A stretch of 38,943 bases of DNA from Verrucomicrobiota bacterium. GTDB taxonomy: Bacteria > Verrucomicrobiota > Verrucomicrobiia > Limisphaerales > DASXHY01. The notes beneath the pieces were generated by a model, which searched no databases, was not told where the DNA came from, and worked only from the letters and a program-made list of their open reading frames with translations. The DNA lies in contig JBQCEJ010000225.1 in NCBI GenBank assembly GCA_051960355.1, forward strand, positions 1-38,943. The letters are read 5' to 3'. Both the position numbers and the translations under genes were made by a program. Positions 23,583 to 32,526 of the stretch are shown in pieces; position 1 is the stretch's first letter, and each line of letters begins with the position of its first letter.

Positions 23583-26288
23583 TCATCTGCCGTGGAGGCG
23601 GATCAAGCGTTTCAGATTCTCGTTGAAAGCAGTCGCGCCCAGCAGATTCTCCAGCGACAAGTGCATTCGGTAACGCCAGTAGTGCTTCGGATTGGCAGGA
23701 ACGTTGATCCGCTCGGCTGCGATTTCAGAACGGCGCAAGCTCTCAGACATGCCCAGCAAATCCTGCAGTTGAAAAATGCTCCACATTGCGGGAGACGCCA
23801 GATGTTGCCCGACGATTTGCCCGTTGATTTCAGGCGTGCATTGTTCTGGAGCGTCGCCTGATTGCTGCAGTTCACGATTGAAAAACCTTTGCGTGAAGCT
23901 TCGGTCTTCTTCCCACCAAGCGCGAATTGTGTTCATGTCGTGAGTCGCCGGCGTGACCACGCTGAGATAAGGCGCTTCCTCCGGTCGCGACCATTCCTGC
24001 CCGAGTTGCTTCGGCATGCGTTGGATTTCCAGGCTTAAAAGGCCCAACTGCTTCATCACCTCCGGCACACACTCCGGCACGAGCCCGAGATCTTCACCGC
24101 AAACCAGCATGTTCGTGACGCGCTTCAACGCCGGAAGCTTTTCCATCGCTTCACGCCGCCAAAATTCGTCCTGCCGTCGAAAGAAATAGTCCACGTAAAG
24201 CTCGCGAAGTTGCGCCTGCGTTTTTGGATCGAGGTGTCTGAACGAGCTGGTGTTCTCGATGGCGAACCGGAAATGAAATTCCAATCCGTGCGCACCGGCG
24301 ACTTCCAGTAAAATGACGTTGCTGATCAGATCGAACAGCCCTTGCCGGATCGCAGCATTGGCTGGCGTATTTTTCTGAGTGGCGAAATAACTTTCCACCT
24401 GCCGCTGGGTTGCAAACTCCGGTTTCAGCGAATAACGACTGGCCTGATCTGCCACCAGAAATTCCCGCTGCACCAGTTCGCGGGATTCTCCGAACAACTC
24501 CGCCAAAACGTCAGCTGTGATGAACGGCGTTACATAGCGTTCCCGATTGAATGGAATTCCGCGACTGCGAAACTCCTCCGCACGGACTGGCATCGCTGGC
24601 ACGAAATAGCCCAGAATACCTTCCACTGCATGCGCGGGAATGCTCCAGATGCGAAAGAAACCCAGAATGTGATCAATTCGAAACGCGTCGAAATAATTGC
24701 TCATCTGCCCGAAACGTTGTTTCCACCAGCGAAAACCGTCCTCCTTCATTCGCGGCCAGTTGTAGGTCGGAAAACCCCAGTTCTGGCCTTTGGCGGAAAA
24801 CGGATCCGGCGGAGCGCCCGCCTGTAGATTCAGATGATAAAGCTCCGGCTCTTGCCAGACATCGGCGCTGTGACGATACACTCCGATGGCGATGTCTCCT
24901 TTGAAAATGAGTCCTTTGCCGTGCGCGTACTCGCACGCTTCTCGGAGTTGCAGGTGCAGATGAAACTGAATGAAAAAATGGAGCTCGATCTCATCGTGTG
25001 TGGTTGAATCTTTGGCCAGAAGCGGTGCGACTTCGTCCAGATTATAACAGTCATGAGCCGGCCATGAATTGAAATCCGCGGTGCCAAACTTGTCGCGCAG
25101 AAAACAGAAAGCCGCGTAAGGCACCAGCCAGTGTTGATTCTGCTCGAAGAATTCCCGATACGCAGCGCTCTCGAAAGTTTCCTCTTTTTGAGATGGGAAA
25201 ATCTCTTTGAGGAACTTCAGCTTGGCTTTCATCACGGCCTCGTAATCGACAGCTTCAAGCGCGTTCAACCGCTTTCGTTCCGCTTCGATTTTTTTGAGCC
25301 GCTTCTGGTTCTTGCCATTGGCCACACGGCTGAGATTGAGATAGAGCGGGTGCAACGCAAAAGCCGAGATGGCGGCGTAAGGATAAGAATCCAGCCAGCT
25401 ATGCGTGGCGCTGGTGTCGTTGACCGGAAGAATCTGAATCAGCCTGAGCCCGGCTTCGGCCGCCCAATCAGACAGCAGTTTTAAATCGGTGAATTCACCC
25501 ACGCCAAAACTCTGTTCGCTTCGCAGGCTGAAAACTGGAATCGCAACGCCAGCGCCTTTCCAAGCGGGAGTGGGCAAGCGCGCAAAACCGTCGTTGACGA
25601 TCGTGTGCCGACCCGGCGTGGCGATGTCGTGGAACGTGCGATTGTCACCGTCTTCATAGCGGACGAAAACGCCCTGTGTCACATCGTAAACGCCATATTT
25701 GTAGGCGACCGGAAACGCTTCGCGGCTAAGGTCCAGTTGCACGCTGAAGAATTCTTCTCCGACGATTCGATTCAACAGGATCGGCGAACTGGTGTTCCAA
25801 TTTCCAAGCGCTGCGTTCTCGCCCAGCAGGCAAAGGGTCTGGCCTTTCTCCAGCAATGGCGCTTTGACCTTGAACGTGTGCGTCGCGCCCGGCAGCCTTG
25901 TCACAGGCACGTCCGTTTGGCATTCCCGCAACAACACATTTTGAAACGGCTCCGTATAAAAAACGTTCTCCACCGCGCCCGCATCATTCCACGAATCCAG
26001 GATCAGCACTTCACCCGCATTCAATGAACTCGGCTGAATGAACCGGTCATTGCCCCAATCTTGAATGAGCGAACCGTCCGGGTTCCGGAGGATGTAATGA
26101 TAGCTGATGCTCGTGTTCGGACCGGCAGCATCCGGCCAGTCCAGCGCGACTTCCCAGAATTCATGGTTGAGATAATGCAACGGCACGGCTTGCTCGGAAT
26201 TTGAATCGCCCAGCAATGGATGCGCGCCTGAAACGAACAAAGACTGGCCGAACCTCGTGAAAAAGCGTAATCGCAGCGTGAGTTTCAT
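23583..26288 (-). CDS. malQ: 4-alpha-glucanotransferase (GH77 amylomaltase), DPE2-like, with two N-terminal CBM20-like modules
   Basis: GH77 signatures GVAIPVFSLRSEQSFGVGEFTDL, RIDHILGFFRIWSIP, CGEDLG and ATHD. The N-terminal segments MKLTLRLRFFTRFGQSLFVSG and HTFKVKAPLLEKGQTLCLLGENAALGNW resemble starch-binding modules. Confidence 0.9.
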   Translation of the reverse strand: MKLTLRLRFFTRFGQSLFVSGAHPLLGDSNSEQAVPLHYLNHEFWEVALDWPDAAGPNTSISYHYILRNPDGSLIQDWGNDRFIQPSSLNAGEVLILDSWNDAGAVENVFYTEPFQNVLLRECQTDVPVTRLPGATHTFKVKAPLLEKGQTLCLLGENAALGNWNTSSPILLNRIVGEEFFSVQLDLSREAFPVAYKYGVYDVTQGVFVRYEDGDNRTFHDIATPGRHTIVNDGFARLPTPAWKGAGVAIPVFSLRSEQSFGVGEFTDLKLLSDWAAEAGLRLIQILPVNDTSATHSWLDSYPYAAISAFALHPLYLNLSRVANGKNQKRLKKIEAERKRLNALEAVDYEAVMKAKLKFLKEIFPSQKEETFESAAYREFFEQNQHWLVPYAAFCFLRDKFGTADFNSWPAHDCYNLDEVAPLLAKDSTTHDEIELHFFIQFHLHLQLREACEYAHGKGLIFKGDIAIGVYRHSADVWQEPELYHLNLQAGAPPDPFSAKGQNWGFPTYNWPRMKEDGFRWWKQRFGQMSNYFDAFRIDHILGFFRIWSIPAHAVEGILGYFVPAMPVRAEEFRSRGIPFNRERYVTPFITADVLAELFGESRELVQREFLVADQASRYSLKPEFATQRQVESYFATQKNTPANAAIRQGLFDLISNVILLEVAGAHGLEFHFRFAIENTSSFRHLDPKTQAQLRELYVDYFFRRQDEFWRREAMEKLPALKRVTNMLVCGEDLGLVPECVPEVMKQLGLLSLEIQRMPKQLGQEWSRPEEAPYLSVVTPATHDMNTIRAWWEEDRSFTQRFFNRELQQSGDAPEQCTPEINGQIVGQHLASPAMWSIFQLQDLLGMSESLRRSEIAAERINVPANPKHYWRYRMHLSLENLLGATAFNENLKRLIRLHGR

Positions 26289-26687
26289 GAACCCTTGCAG
26301 CTTGAATCAAAACCGCGAAGATCGCAAATGCTCACGCGAGATTTTGAAATGCAGGCAGCACGGTCTGCGGCGAAACGCCCGAATCCAAGCGGTCCTTCGC
26401 TGTTCGGCCATGAACTCGAAAAGTGGTTTCCACGCCTGCTACGTTGAAACCGTGGCGGCAGTGTGTGGGCGGATCGGAACCGCACAGCACATCTGAGTGG
26501 AGCGAAACTCTTCACGCCGAATGATTCGGGCGCAGCTTGGAAATTGCAAAGCGAGTGTCCATCAGAAAGCAAAAACCCGGATCGCCCTTGTTTGACAGGC
26601 ATTTCGTGGCGGGCAGCGGCAAAAAATAGTTAAAGATTTTTCGTTCTTTCTCTTGAAACACTGAGGAAATCCGCTAATTCTTTGCGC

Positions 26688-26975
26688 ATGGCAAAAGCTC
26701 TAACTAAATCACAAATCGCCGCCTCTGTTGCGGAAACTGTTGGTCTGACCAAAAAACAAGCTACGGAAACGATCGAAGCGATCGTAGCGTTGGCTTACAA
26801 AAACGCTAAGAACACCTTCACCTTTCCTGGTCTGGGAAAACTGGTGCTCGTCAACCGCAAAGCCAGAATGGGACGCAATCCCGCGACTGGCGAAACCATC
26901 AAGATTGCCGCTAAGCGCGTGGTGAAATTCCGCGTTGCCAAAGCCGCCAAAGACGCAATTTTGGGCAGCAAGTAA
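26688..26975 (+). CDS. HU/IHF-family DNA-binding protein
   Basis: MAKALTKSQIAASVAE...GLGKLVLVNRKARMGRNPATGETIKIAAKRVVKFRVAKAAKD is a typical HU fold sequence with its beta-arm. Confidence 0.9.
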   Translation: MAKALTKSQIAASVAETVGLTKKQATETIEAIVALAYKNAKNTFTFPGLGKLVLVNRKARMGRNPATGETIKIAAKRVVKFRVAKAAKDAILGSK

Positions 26976-26997
26976 CAGCCAATTCAATTGAGTTGTC

Positions 26998-27032
26998 GGG
27001 CGGAGGAAGTTCCTCCGCCCTTTTGTTTTTTT
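26998..27032 (+). terminator. rho-independent terminator downstream of the HU gene
   Basis: GGGCGGAGG-AAGTT-CCTCCGCCC stem-loop followed by TTTTGTTTTTTT. Confidence 0.8.
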
Positions 27033-27186
27033 ACCAAGCCTTCGAAGATCACGACGGCGCGCTCAGGCCCACAGCGCGATTCCCAATCCTTCCAGTCGAA
27101 CAGCGCGACCTCTTCCGCAACACGCGCAAACGCGTGCGTTCCCATGTCCAACTGCATCGTTCCGACTGAACGCCCTGCCCTTGGAT

Positions 27187-28206
27187 TCACTCGCGACCGC
27201 ACGCAAGCAGCAGCGGCTTCAATTGCTGCATGAGTTGCGCAAAGCCGTCCAACGAGAGTTGCTGCGCGCCATCGCTCCAGGCTTCAGCTGGATTCGGATG
27301 CACTTCGATGAGCAACGCATCCGCGCCCATCGCCACAGCGCCCCTGCACATCGCGGCGACCAGATCGGCGCGGCCTGCGCCCTGGCTGGGATCAATGACG
27401 ATCGGGCAATGCGACTCGCGTTTGATGATGGGAATCGTCGAAAGGTCGAGAGTGTTGCGCGTGTAGGTCTCGAAAGTGCGAATGCCGCGCTCGCAGAACA
27501 TGAGGTTCGGGTTTTCATTGGCGAGCACGTATTCGCCCGCGAGCAGCCACTCCTCGATTTTCATGGAGAGCCCGCGCTTGAGCAGCACCGGCTTGCCAGT
27601 TTTGGCGGCGGCGATGAGGAGTTGAAAGTTCTGCGCGTTGCGGGCACCGATCTGAATGATGTCCGCATACTCGGCCACAAGCTCGGCGTGTTGCTCGGAG
27701 AGCAATTCAGTGATGATTGCCAGCCCGGTAACCCGACGCGCTTTGGCCAGCAACTTCAAACCCTTTTCGCCCAAGCCTTGAAATTCATACGGCGAAGTGC
27801 GCGGCTTGAAAGCGCCGCCGCGGAGAATCGTCGCGCCCGCGGCTTTGACGGCCTCGGCTGTGTGCAGCAACTGTTTTTCGCTCTCGACCGAACAGGGTCC
27901 GGCCATGATCTGGAGTTTTTTTCCGCCGATCAGATGTTCACGCACGCGCACGGTTGAATCGCCGGGATGGGCGGTTCGGCTGACCAGCTTGTAGCGCTTT
28001 TGAATGGGCGTCACGCTCTCCACGGCATTGGGAAACAATGCGACCAGGCTTTCGAGGCTCGATTGTGTGAGTTCGTCGCCGATGGCACCGATGACGGTGC
28101 GCGCGACTCCGCGCATGACGTGCGGCGTGTAACCCAGCTTGCGGATTTCGGACAGAACGGCGCGCTCATCCTTTTTCAGGATGGCTGGTTTGAGAACGCT
28201 GATCAT
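27187..28206 (-). CDS. aroF: 3-deoxy-7-phosphoheptulonate (DAHP) synthase, type I-beta, with an N-terminal regulatory domain
   Basis: LQIMAGPCSVES, GAFKPRTSPYEFQGLG, IQIGARNAQN and VIDPSQGAGR motifs. The roughly 70-aa N-terminal extension resembles the Thermotoga-type regulatory domain. Confidence 0.85.
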   Translation of the reverse strand: MISVLKPAILKKDERAVLSEIRKLGYTPHVMRGVARTVIGAIGDELTQSSLESLVALFPNAVESVTPIQKRYKLVSRTAHPGDSTVRVREHLIGGKKLQIMAGPCSVESEKQLLHTAEAVKAAGATILRGGAFKPRTSPYEFQGLGEKGLKLLAKARRVTGLAIITELLSEQHAELVAEYADIIQIGARNAQNFQLLIAAAKTGKPVLLKRGLSMKIEEWLLAGEYVLANENPNLMFCERGIRTFETYTRNTLDLSTIPIIKRESHCPIVIDPSQGAGRADLVAAMCRGAVAMGADALLIEVHPNPAEAWSDGAQQLSLDGFAQLMQQLKPLLLACGRE

Positions 28207-28233
28207 GATGGTGTCAGGTTTGACCGAGCTGGA

Positions 28234-28267
28234 GATGAAAACACCGCAGGCGAGATTAAGCCTGCGG
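28234..28267 (-). terminator. hairpin plus short U-run in the leader of the DAHP synthase gene (terminator or attenuator candidate)
   Basis: On the minus strand: CCGCAGGC-TTAATCTC-GCCTGCGG followed by TGTTTTCAT, about 30 nt upstream of the aroF ATG and about 190 nt downstream of the preceding gene. Confidence 0.3.
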
Positions 28268-28456
28268 CAACGTTGTTGTTCAAAATCGCACTGAATCCGC
28301 AGTTCCCACGGCGGCCCGCGCCAGGGAAACGTGGGAAAGCCAAATCATTTTAGCTGCATGCGATTTCACTGAGGCCAGCCTATAACAAGTCGAAGGCCAG
28401 TCAAGAGCCCGCCGGGCTTGGGTCAACTGACGTTCGCTGCGCCGGCCTGAAGAGTA

Positions 28457-29452
28457 TCAGTGCGCGTGCAGCTTCAGTCGGATGGCGGGACGGGTTTTCT
28501 TTTGCTTTAACTGACGCGCCCGAAAGCGGCCCAAGGAATGCGTCGCCAGGCCTTCCAAAAACAGATCGCGATTGATGGCTTGAGCGGCGGTCGCTCCTTG
28601 ACCGGCGGCGATGATCATCTGGCAATTGGCCGGGGTCACGCAGCCTGCCGCATACAGTCCCGTCACGTTGGTTCGCATGTCGGCATCCACAGCGATTTCT
28701 CCAGTTTCGTTGAGCTTTGCGCCAAGGGCCCGTCCCAGCTTGTTCCAGTAGAGATCGCCCCGCGTTGTAAACAACGCATCAATCACCAGCTTCGCGCCCT
28801 CCGAAAACTTCAAGCCTTCGAGCTGAGTTCCGCGCCGGCTCACGCCCACGATCTCGTGCAGGTAAATTGGAATTTCGTACTCCCGAATCAACTCCGCGTG
28901 CTGCTGGTCCCAATGCGGTTCGTGCCCGTCAGTCACGATCGCAACGCACGGCGAATAGAGCAGCATGCCCAAGGCATATTCCACCGTTTCATTGGTCCAA
29001 CCGTAAGCGGCCACGGACTTGCCCTGAACGCGGTAACCATCGCAGTCCTTGCAGAAAAACAGGCTATGGCCCAAGCATGGTTTGATGCCGGGAATGTCGG
29101 GTGGAATATGAAAAATGCCGGTGGCGAGCAGCAAGCGTTTGCAACCGTAACTCCCCTTTTCGCCTTTCAAGGTGAAGGTGTCGCCGGGGGAATGTTGAAC
29201 TTCAAAGATCTCGTCCTGCTTGAAACGGATTCCATAACGCCGCGCCTGCTCCCGACCGCGCTCAAGCAATCCATCACCGCTGATGCCTTCCGGAAAGCCG
29301 AGATAGTTTTGCACGTCCGGTTCCCATCGCGCCATCGATTTGCTGGAATCCAAGATGAGTGTTTCCCGCTTGGCGCGGCCCAGATAAATCGCAGCCGACA
29401 AACCCGCCAAACCACCTCCGACGATGAGAACCTGAGATTCTATATGCTTCAT
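28457..29452 (-). CDS. NAD(P)/FAD-dependent oxidoreductase, thioredoxin-reductase-like
   Basis: FAD motif VLIVGGGLAGLSAAIYL, redox CxxC (FCKDCDGY) and C-terminal GLYAAGC. Confidence 0.75.
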   Translation of the reverse strand: MKHIESQVLIVGGGLAGLSAAIYLGRAKRETLILDSSKSMARWEPDVQNYLGFPEGISGDGLLERGREQARRYGIRFKQDEIFEVQHSPGDTFTLKGEKGSYGCKRLLLATGIFHIPPDIPGIKPCLGHSLFFCKDCDGYRVQGKSVAAYGWTNETVEYALGMLLYSPCVAIVTDGHEPHWDQQHAELIREYEIPIYLHEIVGVSRRGTQLEGLKFSEGAKLVIDALFTTRGDLYWNKLGRALGAKLNETGEIAVDADMRTNVTGLYAAGCVTPANCQMIIAAGQGATAAQAINRDLFLEGLATHSLGRFRARQLKQKKTRPAIRLKLHAH

Positions 29453-29473
29453 GCCGCTCTCTTCTGATCAGCA

Positions 29474-29504
29474 AACGGCAATCTGCAAATCGCAGATTGC
29501 CGTT
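29474..29504. repeat. perfect 13-bp inverted repeat (hairpin) between the PRC-barrel gene and the TrxR-like gene
   Basis: AACGGCAATCTGC-AAATC-GCAGATTGCCGTT. It lies 25 nt downstream of the PRC-barrel stop. No flanking U-run. Confidence 0.6.
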
Positions 29505-29528
29505 CAGATGCCAACAAACGAACTCGAA

Positions 29529-30458
29529 TCACTTGGACTGATCGGGCTCGTGATAGATGCGTTCCAGAGCGTTGGTCCGATTCGACGTCGGTTGCAGTGA
29601 ACCGTTTTCGAAATAGGGCTGCTTGCCGTAGAACTGATAGATCTTGCCGGCCAGACTCTGATCCGAGAGGTTCGGCCAGTTGTCCTTGTTGAAGTGCGGC
29701 GCCGACGCCAGCTTGTTCTCATCGATGCCGGTGTTCAGGCTCTTGCCATCGCTCGAAAGCGTCAGAGCGTTTGGCGGTAGCGCATAAAGATTGTCTTTGA
29801 GATTCAGGCTGCTGTCCGGCTCCAGCACGACGTAAACCACCCGGCTGCTGGGCAGATCGACAACGATGTTGTTCACTTCGCCAATGGTCCGGTTGGCCAC
29901 ATTGTGGACATCCATGCCAATCAAATCGCTGGCCTTGTGCACGTTCCCGAATTTTTCCGCCATCTTTCCCTCCGCATTTTGGAACCACGAACTGCTCTGA
30001 CCAAAATACTCGTTCACTCGGCTGACGAACTGAGGCGTGAGCTGAGTTTTTACATCCTCATTTTGGGAGAATTGCGGAGCGTCCATCAGCTTGTCTTTGT
30101 CAGCATCCAGCCGCAGTTGCTTGCCTTTCTCGGTAACGGCCGAGGGCGGCACAGCAATCTGACGATCACCTATGCCAAGGAAACCGCCGACCGAAACAAC
30201 CGTGTAAAGAATTCTTCCGGATTCAAGGTCGACCACCAGATCCTCCACTTTTCCGAGGCGCTGGTTGTCATTGTTGCGGACTTCGCGGCCCGTGATTTTG
30301 TTGACGAGTTCTGGATTCGACAATTCTCGCTGGCTCGAAGTTGCCGAAAGCGAGTTGGTGTCGGAGTCATCAGCAAACGCTGTGGTTGCAGCCACGTAAA
30401 AGGTCATCGCGGCGACCGCGGACCAGGTTGTCAGGTTTAGTTTTTTGTTCACTTTCAT
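29529..30458 (-). CDS. secreted protein with two PRC-barrel domains
   Basis: Signal peptide MKVNKKLNLTTWSAVAAMTFYVAATTAFA. Two PRC-barrel-like repeats: LGKVEDLVVDLESGRILYTVVSVGGFLGIG and IGEVNNIVVDLPSSRVVYVVLEP. Confidence 0.7.
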   Translation of the reverse strand: MKVNKKLNLTTWSAVAAMTFYVAATTAFADDSDTNSLSATSSQRELSNPELVNKITGREVRNNDNQRLGKVEDLVVDLESGRILYTVVSVGGFLGIGDRQIAVPPSAVTEKGKQLRLDADKDKLMDAPQFSQNEDVKTQLTPQFVSRVNEYFGQSSSWFQNAEGKMAEKFGNVHKASDLIGMDVHNVANRTIGEVNNIVVDLPSSRVVYVVLEPDSSLNLKDNLYALPPNALTLSSDGKSLNTGIDENKLASAPHFNKDNWPNLSDQSLAGKIYQFYGKQPYFENGSLQPTSNRTNALERIYHEPDQSK

Positions 30459-30790
30459 GCTTTTCCTTTCGTTTTATTTTGGCGTTTCGATCGCGGACGG
30501 CCTCGGCCTTCTACTTGAAAGTGCGAGCCGGGGCCGCGTTCATATTCAATCTCCACCACCGGATTGCCCTGCCTGCGGCGTCCGCGGGTTTCGGCTTCCG
30601 GTGGCGCTGATGTTTCCGCGCGCTCCCAATCGGGCTCATTCCCGACTGTGGCTCGTTCGCGGGCGGGCAACGACTCGCCAGCGCGACCGTGGAGATCGCC
30701 GCCGACATTGCCGTTTTTCCGTTTTGCTGCTGGCCGCGCGCTTGACTGCGTTTCGGAACTGCGGGCCGCGGATTGTTTTGCCTTTGCCAT
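30455..30790 (-). CDS. hypothetical basic, low-complexity protein
   Basis: A 111-aa ORF rich in R, G, E and A. Its stop overlaps the PRC-barrel start (ATGA at 30455-30458), and it starts 20 nt after the BON gene stop. No domain and no clear SD. Confidence 0.35.
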   Translation of the reverse strand: MAKAKQSAARSSETQSSARPAAKRKNGNVGGDLHGRAGESLPARERATVGNEPDWERAETSAPPEAETRGRRRQGNPVVEIEYERGPGSHFQVEGRGRPRSKRQNKTKGKA

Positions 30791-30809
30791 ATCAGGACGC
30801 TGAGAAGAG

Positions 30810-31718
30810 TTATGGGTTGATGGGCGCAGATTGATCTCCGTTCACCCGTAATTGATTATCCACGCTGGAAACGCCTGTCGCTCGTTGAATGGCCGCTTCG
30901 ATTTCGCGCTTTTGTTCGGCGTTCTTGACCGCACCGCGCACGGTCACCTGTCCATCGACGACGGAAATGCTGACCTGGGAAATCGCGGAAGCGAGGGAGG
31001 CGTTGGTTCGCAGCTCCTGACTGATTTGCTGGGCAAGTGTGCGGTCCGATTGACTGCTGCCCTGAACGTTCACCACCACCGGTCCGTTCCGACCAGATTC
31101 AGCGGAAGCGTTTTCATTCGTGTTGCCCTCACTGGGACGAGTCGCCGTCGGCGTCAACGGTTCGGTGGCTGTTTCCACCTGGTTGGAACCAGGCGGGTAA
31201 ACCGCGCTAAGACTGTTGGTCCGCGAAGTCGGAACGAGGGCTTCGTCAGCCGTTGATTCAGCGCTTTCCAATGTGCTGCCCGGCGTTGCTGAACCCGATT
31301 GGACCGCAGCCGTTTCGCTGGATACCTGCAATCGATTGTTTACGGCAGCCACACCGCTGATCTGCTGGACCGCCGATTCGACGGCTTGTTTTTGTTCATC
31401 GCTGGTCACACTGCCGGAAAGTGTGACTACTCCGTTGTCAGCGCTGATGTTTAGCGTTGGAAGCAGCGGCGCTGTGTTTGAGTCCTCGATCAATGCCTGC
31501 GTGACGCGCGACACCAACGCACTGTCCTCTGAGTTGGCCGCGTTTGAATTAGGAAAGCCAAGGGCGGTAGCGCTCGGGTAAACAGGTGGCGCCGCTTGTG
31601 AGGCAAACGCCGGCGTGTAAAGCGTGTCGTCAAATCTAGCTTGCTGCTGGTCGTGATGAGCGCAGCCGACGACTGCTAAAATGAATGTCCCCAGGAAGAA
31701 AAGTTTTGGTGATTTCAT
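30810..31718 (-). CDS. lipoprotein with two BON domains
   Basis: Lipobox LAVVGC after MKSPKLFFLGTFI. BON repeats VTLSGSVTSDEQKQAVESAVQQISGVAAVNNRLQV and VTVRGAVKNAEQKREIEAAIQRATGVSSVDNQLRV. Confidence 0.8.
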   Translation of the reverse strand: MKSPKLFFLGTFILAVVGCAHHDQQQARFDDTLYTPAFASQAAPPVYPSATALGFPNSNAANSEDSALVSRVTQALIEDSNTAPLLPTLNISADNGVVTLSGSVTSDEQKQAVESAVQQISGVAAVNNRLQVSSETAAVQSGSATPGSTLESAESTADEALVPTSRTNSLSAVYPPGSNQVETATEPLTPTATRPSEGNTNENASAESGRNGPVVVNVQGSSQSDRTLAQQISQELRTNASLASAISQVSISVVDGQVTVRGAVKNAEQKREIEAAIQRATGVSSVDNQLRVNGDQSAPINP

Positions 31719-31889
31719 AAATTCTTCATCGTATTCCATTTGGACACTCGGCTGGGGTTTCCATCGATTCCATAGGGTTCAGTCCCCAAAAGCGCTTCCC
31801 GAATTCGGCGATTGAGATCGGTTCCAAGGAAAAGGCGCAGGACGTGTCCTGCGCCTTTCAAAGGAGCCATCGCTCACTATTCGGCGATG

Positions 31890-32030
31890 CTACTTAACAT
31901 TCCGCTGGATCGAATCACCGGCATTTTCCATGTCTTCACCGAACCCGTGGGCGGTGCGACAACCTGAAAATGCGGCAACACCGGCTACCAGTAGAAACAG
32001 GCAGATAATGGATTTTCTCAGATTTTTCAT
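31890..32030 (-). CDS. entericidin A/B-family small lipoprotein (46 aa; below the ORF-track length cutoff)
   Basis: Hand translation of the minus strand gives MKNLRKSIICLFLLVAGVAAFSGCRTAHGFGEDMENAGDSIQRNVK*. It has a lipobox (FSGC) followed by the family-typical T/A-x-G-F-G-E-D segment. Confidence 0.7.
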   Translation of the reverse strand: MKNLRKSIICLFLLVAGVAAFSGCRTAHGFGEDMENAGDSIQRNVK

Positions 32031-32090
32031 TTTTCCTTTCTCTTCTCTCTTCGTTGTTTTGGTTAACTCAGATTTGCTGGTTTTCGGCAG

Positions 32091-32249
32091 TCAAATCCGT
32101 CCCATGAGTGCCAGGATGATGACTACGATCAGCAACAACCCGACGAGTCCTCCCGGCGCATAGCCCCAACTGCCGCTGTAACCCCATGTTGGCAGCACAC
32201 CGATTAGCGCAAGTATCAGGAGAATGATCAGTATAGTTCCTAGGCTCAT
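32091..32249 (-). CDS. DUF3309-family small membrane protein (52 aa; below the ORF-track length cutoff)
   Basis: Hand translation gives MSLGTILIILLILALIGVLPTWGYSGSWGYAPGGLVGLLLIVVIILALMGRI*. This is the characteristic DUF3309 pattern of two TM segments around PTW.YS..WGY.P. Confidence 0.7.
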   Translation of the reverse strand: MSLGTILIILLILALIGVLPTWGYSGSWGYAPGGLVGLLLIVVIILALMGRI

Positions 32250-32526
32250 AATTTTTCTTTGTGCGGCTTATCGTTCACACAAGCCGGACATCGAACCATA
32301 GATCACCGACGCGCTTTCACTACTAGGGTGTTATGCCCAAACGTGTTTGAAATAGTTCTCCGCAAGAACCTGAACGGGAACTTCATCTGTAAAAACGCAG
32401 TCCGCTCGGCAAAAAAGCTGAGGATGAAAGGCGGGCAAAATTGGAAGAGCTTTCTCCACCCGATTGGAGCGGGTTGAAAATCGCGGTGCAGCGACCCGGC
32501 TTCGATGCGCGCGTTGGGTGGTTCGC

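Noticed and set aside
26289-26681. 393-nt intergenic region between malQ and the HU gene as a possible structured ncRNA or riboswitch.
   Set aside because: I saw a few short complementary segments but nothing matching an RNA family I know and no terminator-like end. It most likely holds divergent promoters. The 105-aa minus-strand ORF here (26285..26602) looks spurious.
31930-32163. 77-aa plus-strand ORF in the gap after the BON gene.
   Set aside because: The opposite strand encodes two small proteins with clear family patterns (entericidin-like and DUF3309). The plus-strand product has no features.
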